64,000 nt of DNA from positions 1,922,001 to 1,986,000 of the forward strand of contig OZ218964.1 of assembly GCA_965112735.1 (NCBI GenBank). The letters run 5' to 3'. Under the pieces are notes generated by a model that was not told where the DNA came from, did no database searches, and saw nothing but the letters and a program-made list of their open reading frames with translations. Shown piece by piece: positions 1 through 12,293 of this stretch; within the stretch, counting starts at the first letter, position 1, and each line of letters opens with the position of its first letter. This DNA comes from Phaeosaccion multiseriatum. Taxonomy: Eukaryota; Protista; Ochrophyta, other classes. Position numbers and translations under genes: made by a program.

Positions 1-508
1 CCCCATGGTCCGGAACGAGGTCACTACCAGACACGTCCGCGTCAGCCCAGCCCTTGCCTTCCGAGACTCCTCCACAGACAGCCAAGAGTATATTGAACAC
101 CTACACCGCGCGTCACGAGACCGTCGAAGGTAAGGTCGCACAGTCGCCCTCTCCCCCCTCCCCCCCCTCGTCCTCGTCCTCCTCCTCCTCCTCCTCCTCC
201 TCCTCCCAGTCGTTCCACGTCACCTGTTGGTCTACCCGTACGCCAGACTGCTTCATAAAGTTGTACACGTCCAACGCACCCATCATATCGTTCGCTTTAC
301 ATAGCTCCACTATTCGTTTCCGGCAAGCCATGGCCTGCAGGCCGGACACACCAAGTTTTCTCCTCTTCTTGATCGGGATGCCCAGCTCCACCTCTACTCC
401 AGCCACATTGATCGTAGCATCCAAGTCCTCCACCACAGAATCGCTGCTGCCGTAGTCCTGCTCCTGCTGCGTCCCCTTCCCAGCCCCTTCTTCTCGTTCC
501 CGCTTCAT
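1..508 (-). CDS. PPR-repeat protein, probably proteinaceous RNase P (PRORP-like); 5' part only, runs off the window
   Basis: ATG at 508. GT-AG intron 101..223 joins RKRIVELCKANDMMGALDVYNFMKQSGVRVDQQ to VFNILLAVCGG, which resembles the first PPR helices of plant PRORP (..CSKKGD..AL.LYD...GV.L.Q.HYNVLLYVC). Basic NLS-like KKRRK upstream. The NYN domain is not in the window. Confidence 0.55.
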
Positions 509-861
509 CGTGTGATGGGTAGTGGACGATGTGAAGAAGAGACGGTCGAATCCGAACGTACGCCATCCTGTGACGCACTCCGTTACTTTCTCACTCTCTT
601 GCCTTGATTGCCCTGCCCTCCACAAGCAGGAGCATCCAGCAGTATCGTAGCATCCGAAGCACCCAGCAGCAGCAGTAGCAGCATCCAGTAGCAGTAGAAA
701 GATCCTGGCCATCTAGAGCACACCAACAAACCCAGTTGGTACCAACACACAACGGCAGGTGGGAGTTCAGGGGAAGAGAGGAAGCCGCACAGCAGAATCA
801 GCATCAGCAGCAGCAGGAGGAGAAGCAGCAGAAGCAAGGAAGTGGTCGTCAAGGTGTAACC

Positions 862-1377
862 ATGGGGGACGAGAAGGGGCAACCCAAGGTGGTGGAGGTG
901 GTGCTGCCGACATACGTAATGTCCCCGGACGAGACCAATCGCTTCTACCCTTCGGAGGTGAAGGCGGTTGCCGATCGGGTAGTGAAGGCCGAGCTAGAGG
1001 GGAAGGAGTACGACGAGCAAGATGCGAAGGAGTGGTCGCTGAACATTGCAGATGGTATCCGGGAAGGTGTGAAAAGGCTTCAAATCCCTCGGTAAGAGAT
1101 GAGGGAGGGATGGGGGTTGGTTGTCACATGTCCCATTCTCCGTCTGCTTCGTGTCCTCCTAACAAGGTCTGCGTGTTGACCCCCCTCACTGGGGCTTGTG
1201 CTGTGTCACAGTTACAAAGTTGTTGTACAGGTGACTATAGGACAAGTGCGGGACCAAGGAGTAAGAGTGGCGTCCCGTTGTTTATGGGACACGGCAACGG
1301 ACAACTACGCGTCGGCGTCTCTGAAGAATCAAAGTCTGTGGTGCTCGGCCATGGTCTTTGGGGTGTACACAGAATGA
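862..1377 (+). CDS. Tctex-1 family dynein light chain (TCTEX1D2/DYNLT2B-like), 2 exons
   Basis: Exon 1 TYVMSP..RFYPSEVK..LEGKEYD..IADGIREGVKRLQIPR; intron ~1092..1211; exon 2 YKVVVQVTIGQVRDQGVRVASRCLWDTATDNYAS..MVFGVYTE*. Confidence 0.9.
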
Positions 1378-1402
1378 ACTGATATTATTGAAGTTATACG
1401 AA

Positions 1403-2995
1403 CTACTGAGCGTTTTTGGGGGCCCGAAGGCGGGAGAGGAGTTCCCTTAGCCGCGAGTTCTTCGTTCGATTGGCCTCTGCACTGCTGCTGCTGCTGCTGC
1501 TGCTGCAAGCCAGGAAGACAGGTCTCTCAAATTCCTCCAGCATCTGCATCACGATTCTCACCCCGCTGGCTTTAGGCCCACTCGCAGCCATCCGCGCAGC
1601 TGGCAAAAGGGCTCTCGTCGTGGCGTTCGTCGGTGACGAAGCTTCCTCGGCGTCGGCTGGCCCCGTGCGGGGCGAATCTGTTACTTCATCCACGACTGAT
1701 TCGTAAAGCCCGCCATAAAGGTCCCCGTCTTCCGCGTCATCCTTCTCTTCTTCATCTTCGTCCTCCGCCGTTTTTTCCTCCTCCTCTCTCACCTCCGGGA
1801 CACCATCCTCCTTCTTAACTTGCAGATGCTCACTTTCACCCTTCGATTCCCCCAGGACGTGTGTGGAACATACTTGCATTCCTACGGGTCCATCGACGAG
1901 ATGGCCATCACCCTTGCCTTCCAGCGCTCCAATCTCGTCCAGGTCATCTGCGTCTAAATTCTCACGGCCGCCACACCGCTTCGTCGCCACGTCCCAGAAA
2001 AGACGCTCAGACAGTAGCGCCCGAGGAAAGTAAATGTCGCGCAAGGCTGTGCGACTATCTAAAATGCCGTCTGCCTCCTCTTCTTGCGCGACCTCCGCGT
2101 CTACGCTTTGGCTATAACCCTTCCCCACCTCTTCAAAGCTCTCACCACTCTGTTCTACTTCACTCGCAGCAGTCGTGATTGGATTGCTCACCCCGCTCTC
2201 CTCCAGTGAGTCCCGCCGCTGCTCCTGCTGCTGCTTCTGCTGCTGCTGCTGCTGCTGCGGTTGCTGCTGCTTTTCTTGCATAGAGTCCGCGTGTAGAAAT
2301 GGCTGCTGTTGCGCTGCGTAAGGCCCTCCTTCGAATCCTTGACTCATTTCGCTCGGAAGACCCTGCGGTCTGTGCGGAGGGAAACCTTCCTGAGGTCCAT
2401 GCGGTGCGGTCTGCTGCTGCATGCTTGAGCCAGCACCGCCCCTAGGACTGGTCAGCTGCGAAGTACCATGTGAAGGGTGGTTCTCGGGGCGGGCCTGCAA
2501 AGCTGGCGGCCCCTTCCAGCCCCATACGGAATACAACGCGGTCGGATCTCGGGGAGGCCCCCAAGGTCCCCCCACCCTGACCCACTGAGGGTGCCCAGGA
2601 GGAGGGGGGCCCATGTTACCCCACACTTCAATGGGCGGAAACTGGCCAAACTCCATCCACGCCGGGTGGCCCGGAGGAGGCGGTGGGTGAGGTGCCCAAT
2701 GCTCTTGCGGGGGGGCCATCTCCCAGGGCATTGCTGTGAAAGGTCTGGGTGCGGCGGTCTCCGCTCCCGCGCCTGCAGCTGCGTCTCCACCCCCCCATTT
2801 TCCTCCACTTCTCTGCGCCGCCACGCCGCCACCGCCCCGGCTACCGCTGCCGGAGCCTGAAATGCTATTATTGCGAAGACCTGCCGGGCTCCTGCTTCGC
2901 TTTCGCCTCCTGCTGCCACCACCCTCGCGTTTTCGACTCCGTCCATCATCGTATCCCCGACGCCCACGATCTCTCTCTCTGTCGTCGCTGTTCAT
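1403..2995 (-). CDS. Hypothetical low-complexity protein (RS/RD-rich N-terminus, Pro-rich, poly-Q, acidic)
   Basis: Open frame of about 530 aa from ATG 2995 with RKRSRSP and PPPPGHP.W motifs; no recognisable folded domain. Confidence 0.55.
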   Translation of the reverse strand: MNSDDRERDRGRRGYDDGRSRKREGGGSRRRKRSRSPAGLRNNSISGSGSGSRGGGGVAAQRSGGKWGGGDAAAGAGAETAAPRPFTAMPWEMAPPQEHWAPHPPPPPGHPAWMEFGQFPPIEVWGNMGPPPPGHPQWVRVGGPWGPPRDPTALYSVWGWKGPPALQARPENHPSHGTSQLTSPRGGAGSSMQQQTAPHGPQEGFPPHRPQGLPSEMSQGFEGGPYAAQQQPFLHADSMQEKQQQPQQQQQQQKQQQEQRRDSLEESGVSNPITTAASEVEQSGESFEEVGKGYSQSVDAEVAQEEEADGILDSRTALRDIYFPRALLSERLFWDVATKRCGGRENLDADDLDEIGALEGKGDGHLVDGPVGMQVCSTHVLGESKGESEHLQVKKEDGVPEVREEEEKTAEDEDEEEKDDAEDGDLYGGLYESVVDEVTDSPRTGPADAEEASSPTNATTRALLPAARMAASGPKASGVRIVMQMLEEFERPVFLACSSSSSSSSAEANRTKNSRLRELLSRLRAPKNAQ

Positions 2996-3080
2996 TTCTT
3001 GTTTTTGTTTGGTAGAAGGAAAAAGAATCTTGAGCTGAAACTGAAACTGAATTGGCGGGGAGCGCTGGTCGCTGGCCTTC

Positions 3081-3229
3081 TCAAGCATCGACAAGCATTA
3101 ACGGGCGCCAGCCGGCTTTGGGGGGGGGGGGGGGCGTGCTATCCGTTATCGCCGGCGCCAGCCGATCCGCTATCCGCTATCGGCCCCCCGCGCTATCGAG
3201 AATGTGGGCGATAGTGCGTCAGGGGTCGA
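3081..3229 (+). mobile_element. MITE, 'GCTATC' family copy (right TIR intact, left end degenerate)
   Basis: Ends gatagtgcgtcaggggtcga like the copies ending at 16714 and 43982; gccttc occurs at both 3075-3080 and 3230-3235 (possible TSD). Confidence 0.7.
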
Positions 3230-3241
3230 GCCTTCGGCCAG

Positions 3242-3392
3242 TCGGCCCCTGACAAGGTTCTGAGCCAGAACCTGGAACCTGGCCCGCTGGCGAGGCTTGG
3301 CAGAGCAGCCTTGGCCCTGATCATTGCCTTGTTGCATGGCTTTCCCCCAGAACCCGGAACCTGAGTCGCCTCAGAACCTTGTCAAGGGCCGA
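3242..3392. mobile_element. 151-bp MITE, 23-bp TIRs, 6-bp TSD
   Basis: tcggcccctgacaaggttctgag ... ctcagaaccttgtcaagggccga (1 mismatch); ggccag duplicated at 3236-3241 and 3393-3398. Confidence 0.9.
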
Positions 3393-3814
3393 GGCCAGAA
3401 GTAGCAGAAGCCGAAGCCCGGAGGGGGCTACGGCCCAGAAGCCAGGAGCCAGAGAAACCTCGCGGGGGGCCGAAGCGATGATAGCGATTGAGCGATTGAT
3501 TAATTGAGAGCGACGGAAGAAGGAGTTTGGCAGAGCGAAGATTGTGATATCGATATTTAGCATTCTTTTGCAAACAGTGCAAAGACGACCATCCGTCTTT
3601 AAAACGGAGGCGTTCTCCGGTCAACACTGCTTGCCGAATAGAGCAAAATATCAGTAACTCCTCCGCCCGGTCAAAGCCGCAAGCTCCCTTGCTCGATTGT
3701 CGCTATGCTACAAGCTGTGCCCCCCCTTCTCCTTGCTAAGCCCAATGCCCGATCGTTGTCGCCACTCGCCAGGTAGCTGTCGCCCTCCAACATGCACGTA
3801 AAACGTAAAACGTG

Positions 3815-4879
3815 TCAGAGTTTTCGCGTGCCCCGAGACGGAAGCATGGAGCCCTTGCCCCCAAACCATCTCCGTACAAAGATCGCTTGAAAGACGCTTA
3901 CTGCAACAAATATGCCAGTTTCGATGACCGAGTTGAGCAGCATCACGCGGTGGCTCTCCTCGTTCATGGCGCTACGCAAAGCCAATCGTTTCCGTTCCCT
4001 CTTTTGATTGGACTCAATGATGGAGAACTCCTTGTCGAGGAGACGGATGCTTTCCACCTGAGCGAGTTGAGTAGGTTGGTACACAGTGAGGGCACCACGA
4101 AGGAGGGGGGGTGCGCGAGGAGTTGAGGGGATCAGAGGTGCTTGCGTGGGTAGGCTGGATGCCGGGCGGAGGAGGAAGGGGGGGGGTTGGTGAGCCCTGT
4201 TCGTCTATCTGTCTCACCAATTTGCTCAGGTCGACCTTATCTTGGAGTTGAGCGAAGATAGCGGGGTCGATAGTCATGTCCGAGGAAGCATCTGTCGGGA
4301 CGGGAGCAACGCGTTAGTTCAAGCAAAACTTCCCCTCCCTCCTTCCCTGGTGAATGTACGTACCTTGGGCATTGCTCTCCCGAACGTGGAAATGAACATG
4401 TTTGGGGGAGAGTCTCTCTCTGTTCTCAAAGCAAAACGAATACACCCCCGGCTTGGCTGCAGGAAGAGTGTACTCAAAGCTTTTCCCGAAGGTATGGACG
4501 TCAGAGTCTTCCCCCAAGGCCAGCTGCGGCTCCACCACCCTCAGTAGCTGGACTTCTCCCCCATCCGCTTGCGGAATCCCGCCGTCATTAAGCGAAACAG
4601 GGCCGCGCACCTGCGGAACACCATAGCAACCTTTAGTACCCCAGGCTGGTACGTAGAGAGCCAGCGCCCGCAGGCAGCTGCAGATCAACCACATACCTCG
4701 AGATCTATGTTCAAATCACCACCCTTCAGCACGAAGACCTCCACTGTGCTGGGGGTTGGGGTTTGCTCAAGCACCTCAAAGAAGCAACTCTTGTGGTCCT
4801 TCAAGACGACGGCTGTCAAGTGCGTGGACGCAGGTGCCAGAAGCAAGAGAAGCAGCAGTAGCTGCAGCAGCTGCTGCAT
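3815..4879 (-). CDS. p24/emp24/gp25L (TMED) GOLD-domain cargo receptor, about 4 exons
   Basis: Signal peptide, KSCFFEV, GVYSFCFEN, coiled coil, and TM segment SVIETGIFVAVSVFQAIFVRRWF. Confidence 0.85.
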
Positions 4880-5125
4880 AGGGGGGACCTCCCTTTCACC
4901 CACTAACTAACGACATTCCACCTTCTCGCACCTGAACTATACAACCAACGCGTCCACCTGTCAACCCACGGATCGACGGAAAAAAATAACCAAACAGCAG
5001 AGGCAGCCACTCCATATCCCACCTCAGAATGGGCTTGAGGAGCCGCCGCGATCTTCACATCAGCAAGAGCGGCAGCAGCTGCATGCGAGTCTTACACGAC
5101 AGCCTCACGAAGGGGTAGGCTAGAG

Positions 5126-5788
5126 ATGTCGGGCACGGAGCAGCAGCAGCGTGTGAATGGACCAGCAGTGGCCATGGACCCAGTCACCAAGCGAGCCCAG
5201 GTGCTTCGCCAACAGCAACAAAGGCTGCTGTTGTTGCGCCATGCGTCCAAGTGCAAAGTGACGAAGGGAGATTGCCCAGTGAGTCCCTTCTGTGCCTTCA
5301 TGAAAAAGTTGAGTCAGCACATTGCTGTCTGTGATGATCCCAACTGCAAAGTTGCTCATTGCATGAGCAGTCGCTGCGTCGTTGCCCATTACCAGCGCTG
5401 CACGGATCAAACGTGCGCTGTTTGCGCTCCGGTGCGAGAGGTCAATCGGAAGATGCAGGCCAAGTCTAGTGTGAGCCCACGGAGCCAGACGCAGCTGACG
5501 CCCGCTGGGACACCCGCTGGGATGCAGCATTCTCACCTCCCAGGGCTGGCTCCAGAGCTTCTTCAGCCAAGTGTTGAGCAATCGCTTGCAGCAGCAGGCA
5601 AGACCTTCCCTTCCGCTGGTGTGCAGGAAGGGGCGGCGGGGAGGCGATGGTCCGGTTCTCAGCAACCTCATTTCACAGCACAGCAGGCGGCTGGAATGGC
5701 CCAGCAGTACGCACACCCCCGGCAAGAGCGCGAGCTGCCAAAGCAGGAGGGGCTTCAACGGCAACCGGAACACCGATACAGAACACAT

Positions 5789-5835
<47 letters not shown>

Positions 5836-8410
5836 GCAGCAGCAGGAGGGGCAAGAGCAGTACCATGGGCACCTTCGCCCGCAGCGTGTAGCCACGTCGG
5901 ACAGCCTAGAAATGGTGTCTGATTTGTGCCACCCGCCCCCCCCTCCCGGCAAGCACATCCAGCAAGCGAAGGGGGCCGGCGATGACGGCTACCGCACAGC
6001 CGCAGTGAGTCCCCTGCTAGCGGAGCAGCACCAGTCGATGAAGAGGAGACGGATGAGCAGTGTCGCGCAACAGAAGGAAGAGAAGGACTCGTCATTGTTG
6101 GCGGAGGCGGTTTCTCTGGTGTTGGGAGACGGGAGGGTAAAGAGCGAAAGCTCAGTGTCAATCACCCAATCCGGGCAGGAGCGTCATGGTGTGCGAGAAA
6201 GGGCTTATGCTGCAGTGGGCGTGGTAGCGAGCAAGCCCTCCCTGCCAGTCAGACGAGTAGAAGAGGGTATGTCGTTGGTTGACGCCATGAGCTGTGCTCA
6301 GATTGAGGCACATTTGTCAAGGCTCAAGAGCTCTGACACGGCAGTCACGCGGCACTGTCTTGTGCTTTTGGAGAAGCTCATGACCCAGAAGTTCGCGTGG
6401 GTTTTCAATCAGCCTGTCGACCCTGTGGAGCTCAATCTCACGGACTATGATTTGATCGTCAAGCGACCAATGGATCTGGGCACTGTCAAGAGGTGCTTAG
6501 AGGAAAGAGGCTACGGAAGTTTCGGAGAGTTTGAGGCGGATACTATGCTGACGTTTGACAACGCCATACTTTTCAACGAGGAAGAATCAGACGTTCATCG
6601 CTTGGCCCGCGAGCTGAAGGAGTTTTTCCTCCAGGAAAAGGGCCTGACGATGCAGGCTGTGCAAAGAGAAAGGGGGAATGACAAGGGCGTCAAGGAGATA
6701 AACGCGCCAATCTGCAAGGAGTGTGGGTGCTCGGGGCTCGTCTTTGAGCCCACGGAGTTGATTTGCAGCAGTGCGGCCTGTAACGGGAAGCGCATTGGCA
6801 GAAACTGCTACTATTATACTGACTTGCAGCAAGGTTCTCGGCAGAACTGGTGTGAGAAGTGCGGCGCTGACCTTCCGGCCGGTGCACGTGCTACTCTAGA
6901 CAAGAGGGTGCATGACGAGGTGACTGAAGAGCCGTGGGTAGAGTGTGACCAGTGCAAGCAATGGGTTCACCAGATTTGTTCGCTTTTCAACGGCAGCGGA
7001 AGTCAGAGTGGCAGCTTCTTCTGTCCCGGGTGCTCTATGCAGCGCCGACAAGGATTGGATGGGGGGCCTCTTTACAAGGCCTTGAACTCGGAGGATTTGC
7101 CCCACACCAAATGCAGCGAGTACATTGAGTCTCGCATTCTCCTTTCTCTTGAAAAGGAGAATGCGAGACTCAAGCGGGAGGACCCCATGGCCCCACGTCA
7201 TGATCCGTTATCGTGCCCCCTGTTTGTTCGGCAGGTTTCTGGTGTCGAGCTTACTCAACAAGTCGGAGGGGAGCATCTGCATCGATTTTTGAAGAGTCAG
7301 GGGCATTCAAGTGAGTTTCCTTGTCGCTCAAAATGCCTTGTGCTTTTCCAGCGCCGTGGCGGAGTTGATGTGATGCTTTATGGCATGTACGTGTACGAGT
7401 ACGGCGACAAGTGTCCTATGCCAAACCAACGGAGGGTCTTTGTGAGCTGCTTGGACAGCCTACACGCTCTGGAGCCGCGCGGCATGCACATGACCGTCTT
7501 GCAGGATGTGCTGAACGCATATCTCGCGTATGTGCAGATGAGGGGGTTCCACACGGCGCACATTTGCGCACGTCCTTCCCAGTTCAAAGGTAAGGACTTT
7601 GGCCTCGAGCAAGAGACGTGTGTGAAGGAGTGGCACCTTGCGATGCTTGAGAAGGCCAAGAAAGAGGGCCACGTGCACTCCACCACGAATCTGTTTGCAG
7701 AGTTCTTCTCCGACGACAGGGCAGGGGGGTTGGAGTTCGTGCCATACTTGGAAGGCGGCTATTGGGTGGGCCAAGCAGAAAGCTTGCTGAAGGAAGGTGG
7801 AGGAGACAAGCTTTTGATGGAAAAGCTCGCAGAGAGGCTGCTGCCGATACAGGCGCAGCTGCTCGTTGTCAGATTACGGCCACCGGCTTTTGCCCGGGCT
7901 ATGATGGCTCAACGTCAGAGGCGAGAGAGCACGGGCGGGGGCAGGGGCGGGGCGGTGGGCGCCGACATGCAGGACGAGACAGAGGACCCCGACCCTCTCA
8001 TCGACTGCGAGTTTTTCAGCACGCGCCAGGCGTTTTTCAGCCTTTGCCAAGACAACCACTTTCAGTTCGACTCTGCGCGGAGGGCCAAGCACTCGTCTAT
8101 GATGATTCTCTGCCTCCTGCACAATGCTGACGCCCTGCGGGGGCCGGGCAAGCATGCTAAGCATGAGTCACGAAGCCTGGGGTGGTACGTGGACACGCTG
8201 AGACACTCCAGTACGTGTGAGGTTGCAGCCTGTGGCAGGGACAAGTGCAAGGAGATGAAAGGGCTTGTGGCCCACTTTCGAAGGTGTGACGTCAGGGCGA
8301 AGGGGGGGTGCGAGGCCTGCTCTCGCGTCTTGGCCCTGCTGAAAATCCACGCCAGGCAATGTGATGAGACGGAATGCCGAGTGGAGCAGTGCAAGCAGCT
8401 CAAAATGTAA
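5126..8410 (+). CDS. CBP/p300-like protein (TAZ1, bromodomain, RING/PHD, KAT11 HAT-like, TAZ2), intronless, catalytic site degenerate
   Basis: TAZ QQQRLLLLRHASKC; bromodomain WVFNQPVDP..PMDLGTV..NAILFN; PHD EPWVECDQCKQWVHQICSLF; HAT-like DVMLYGMYVYEYG..NQRRVFVSCLDS; QFDSARRAKHSSMMIL; C-terminal TAZ2. Confidence 0.9.
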
Positions 8411-8497
8411 AAAAAAAAAATGTTTGCTGACTCATCATTCGCGCGTGTTCTCCAAATGGCGATTCCACATTTGTCCCGGAGCGTGAACACCTCCAAC

Positions 8498-11400
8498 ATG
8501 AGGAAGAGAAAACTGCTGCTTTTATGCGTGGCATGTAGGCAGACTTATTCGAGTGCCTTCCTTGCTCCCCTCAGCCTCCACCGACGCGTCCCACCACCAG
8601 TAGTCCCTTCCGCGAAGTCACCTTTTGTCTCGAGTTCTCGGGCTGGGGAAATTTTCCATAACAGGCCAACCAGCAGCCCCGCCTTGCTTCCAAGAAGCAA
8701 ATCGAAGGTCATCTGCAATTTGGGGTCGGAGCTTCAGGCTTTGGGCGATGACCTCCTCGTTTTCCTCGCGTCCACCGTCTTCCTCGTGCCTGCTTGCAAG
8801 AGACTCAAGCTAAGGTGCGCCAAGTTTGGGAAAAGAGTCCGCCTCTCTCCTCTGTGGATGGGACATCTTTAACCGTTGGCCACACCACCCTTTTCCCCTT
8901 CTACTGTTTGCAGTCCTGTGCTGGGCTTCCTGGGAGCCGGCTTCCTGCTTGGGCCCTGTAAGTCTGTCTTGTCTGACATTTATCCCGGCGCTTCCCCCAG
9001 TCATTTCCTCACGCAGTCCTTCAGGCACCTCAGCTCATCTTAACCCTAACCCTGACGCTTTCTTCATTTGTGAGAAGTTATCGATCAGATTCGTGTTGGA
9101 ATTGAATCGAATCATCAGAGTAGTCTTCTGTTTGGACACAGGCACCTCTCCACCACTGTATTCGACGGCTCTCATCGGTCCCGCTCATTCCCGTGTTTTG
9201 GTTTTGCAGATGGGACAGGGCTTCTGGCCGACTTGGCGGACCTGAATACCTTGGCCGAGCTTGGTATCACTTTTCTTCTGTTCGAGCAGGGGCTCGGGCT
9301 GTCTCTCTCTCGCCTCAAGGCCTTGAGTCGATATGCATTTGTCCTGGGGACAGCGCAAGTGGTAATGTCGTCCTTGGTATTCACAATTTTCCCTTTCGTC
9401 GGAGGAGTTCAGGTGAGTGAGTCTCGTGACATGGACGTGTGTGGATTTGCTATGATTACCTATTCACCTGGGTATATTATTATCGTTTGTGGCACACAGT
9501 TTTTGGAGAACATCTTCAATTCTCCAGCTACGCTCGTTGCAATCGAGCGGCTGGACGAGGCCGCTGTGATCGGAGTGGCTCTCTCCCTGTCTTCGAGCGC
9601 TTTTGTGCTCAAGGTGCTCCAGGAGAAGAAGCTCATGGGCACCACTGTGGGAAGGTGCGTCATTCCCTCCCCCAAGTCCCGTGTGCTCTGTGCTTTCCTT
9701 TGAAGCCCACCTCCCTGCTCACGGGCGTATCGCGTATGTTGTTCCTTGTTGTGTGGCTGCTATTTTCGTCGTTGTTGCTCAATGTCGCAGCGCCACGCTC
9801 GGCGTTTTGCTCTTCCAAGATATCGCGGTAGTCCCCATTTTGGTCCTGCTGCCCATTCTGGAGAACCAGAACGGAGGGGTTGATCTGTATGCCCAGGCAA
9901 GCTTCTTGGGTGTCACAGTTCTCAAGGTACGTCTTTGCTCACAGGCCAAGAGTGCAATCTCCGAGTACTTCGATGAAGCTGCTCTGACCCATCCATCTAT
10001 GCCCTTTGCAACTCCACTGCTCTGATCCGTCCATCTGCACTCCGCCGATTCATCTTGTTTGTGCTTCTTCGTGGCTGCCCTCTCTCTCTTCTACTCCATG
10101 CAGGCGCTGGGGGGGCTGGGCGGGATCTTGGTCGTGGGGAGGGTGCTGTTGCGTAGAGTCTTCGAGATAGTTGCAGGCGCGCGGAGCAGCGAGACTTTCG
10201 TTGGCCTCTGCCTTCTCGTGGCAATTGGGACGGGCCAGGTGACGGAGTGGCTCGGCTTGAGCTCAACGCTTGGGGCCTTCATTGCAGGGGCGCTCCTTGC
10301 AGAGACCAACTACAGGTGTGTGTGTGTGTGCGTGCGTGCTGCTGCTTGCATCCTCCCGCCTGCCGCTCTCCGCCCCGTCGTATGCTCAATTCGTCTTCCC
10401 TGCTGTGCATTACTGAAAAGGACGCAAGTGGAAGCGGATATTGCGCCATTTCAGGGCTTGCTCTTGGGCCTGTTCTTCTTGACCACTGGAGCAACTGTGG
10501 ATACGCAGTTCCTCATAAGCCAGTGGCCGACGGTGGTGGCCCTACTCACGGGACTCATCTTCATCAAAGGTAGGGGGGGGACTTGAACTTGCAGAGAGGA
10601 GGCCAAGGGAACGACACTACGGGTGCTGACTTTGCCGCATTCTCTTGATAAACAGGGATTGTTACGACCATCGCATCGTACTTGTGTGGATTGACGCCGG
10701 GAGAGAGCTTAAAAGTTGGGTCCGTCATTAGCCCGAGCGGAGAGTTCGCCTTTGTGGTGCTCACTCTAGCCCGCAGCCTGAATGTGCTCCCGGAGTCCCT
10801 CAACAAGACGCTTGCTGGCGTTGTGGTGCTGTCCATGGCCCTCACTCCCTTGCTGGCACAGGTGTGTGTGTTTGTGTGCGCGCGTGTGTGTGTGTGTGTG
10901 TGTGTGTGTGTCCATACACGGAACCCCTTCCTGGCTTCGTCGCATGGAGAGATGTCTAAACATTGCTTGCATGGAGATGTTTAAACATTGCCTCCCCCCC
11001 CCCCTGCCCCCGTCTGTGTAGCTTGGAGACAAGCTCGGCGACTACGTGGACAAGAAGCTGGATAGACCCCAGCTGACGGATGTAGACACCCCCGTCCGCG
11101 TCAGCGACAACCTTGACCTCGTCGTGATCTGCGGCTTTGGGCCGATTGGTCAGGTACGGTACCGTCACGTGTTCGCATTCGTTGAGGTGGCGTTTGTCTG
11201 TGCTCACCTCGCCGGCGTGCTGTTCATTCGTTGCTCACAGATTACCGCAAGCCTTATTGCCTCCCCCACCGTTGGTTCTGAGCTCGGGAGCAGCGCGTAT
11301 GTCGCGTTCGACTTAAATCCTCGACGTGTGCAAGACGCTCGGCGGCAGGGCTACCCGGTGTTTTATGGCGATGGCTGTGAGCCAAAAGTCCTGCGGACCG

Positions 11401-12261
11401 CGGGCATTGAGAACCCGAAGGTGAGCTAAATATGGCGAGAGGATTACACTGAGAAACAGGGCCCGGGTTTTAAAGACTCGACTCTACCAAATAACAAACC
11501 GAATACACCAAACGCACACACACAGGCCATCCTCGTGACGTACACGAGTAAGCAGACGTCGCTGGAGGCGGTGAAACGTCTCCGAGCCGCGTTCCCATCG
11601 GTGCCCATCATCGCCCGGGCCCCCGACTTTGAGCAACTCTGGAAACTGCGTGAGGCTGGTGCGACGGAAGTGGCCTCTGATCTCTCTGAAACGAGCTTGA
11701 GAATGGGGACTCTTCTGCTCGAAGAGTTTGGCGGTGGAAAGTCCGACGAAGTCCAGAGTGTAAAGGTGAGAGAGAGTTGCTGTGGGTGCGAGTAAGGTCT
11801 TGAGACCTTTTTGTTAATTGTTGCGCGTCGTGCTTACTGCGGTGCAGTCCCAGCTGAGAACTGCCCTTGAGGAGGCTGCGCGAGAGAGTGGAATCGTGAG
11901 AGAGTTTGCTCAGAGCTATTCCCCAGGCACCCTCTCCCCAGCTACGCTTGCCAGACAGAGTGAGGTACGCACATACACGTTTGTTGCATTCGTCGGTGCC
12001 ATTCTGCCATCCATTTTCTAACACTCGGGCGCTCCCACGCGTTTTCCTCTCCAGATGGCCATCGACGCTGAGGAGCTCGGCGTGACGGTGTGTCTCATGC
12101 CAGATAGAGACCCCGCAGCAGCAGGGACCTCAGCAGCAGGGGCAGCAGAGGGGTTGGTGGACACAACGGTGGTCGATGCTGTTGTGTCCGAGAGCTCCGC
12201 CACCACTTCGGTGGAGGCCAAGACAGAGAGAAGTCAGTCACAAACAAGCAAAGGAAAGTAG
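8498..12261 (+). CDS. KEA3: CPA2-family K+/H+ antiporter, KEA3-like, plastid-targeted, multi-exon
   Basis: Leader ..TYSSAFLAP; LAELGITFLLFEQGL; LSLSSSAFVLKVL; GVLLFQDIAVVP; LGAFIAGALLAETNY; SGEFAFVV; KTN domain VICGFGPIGQ and VFYGDG. Confidence 0.85.
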
Positions 12262-12293
12262 AGAGATAGAGAGCGCTGCTATTCTAGTAGCAG

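Noticed and set aside
9039-9054. Telomere-like taaccctaaccct
   Set aside because: Only about two units, inside KEA3; expected by chance.
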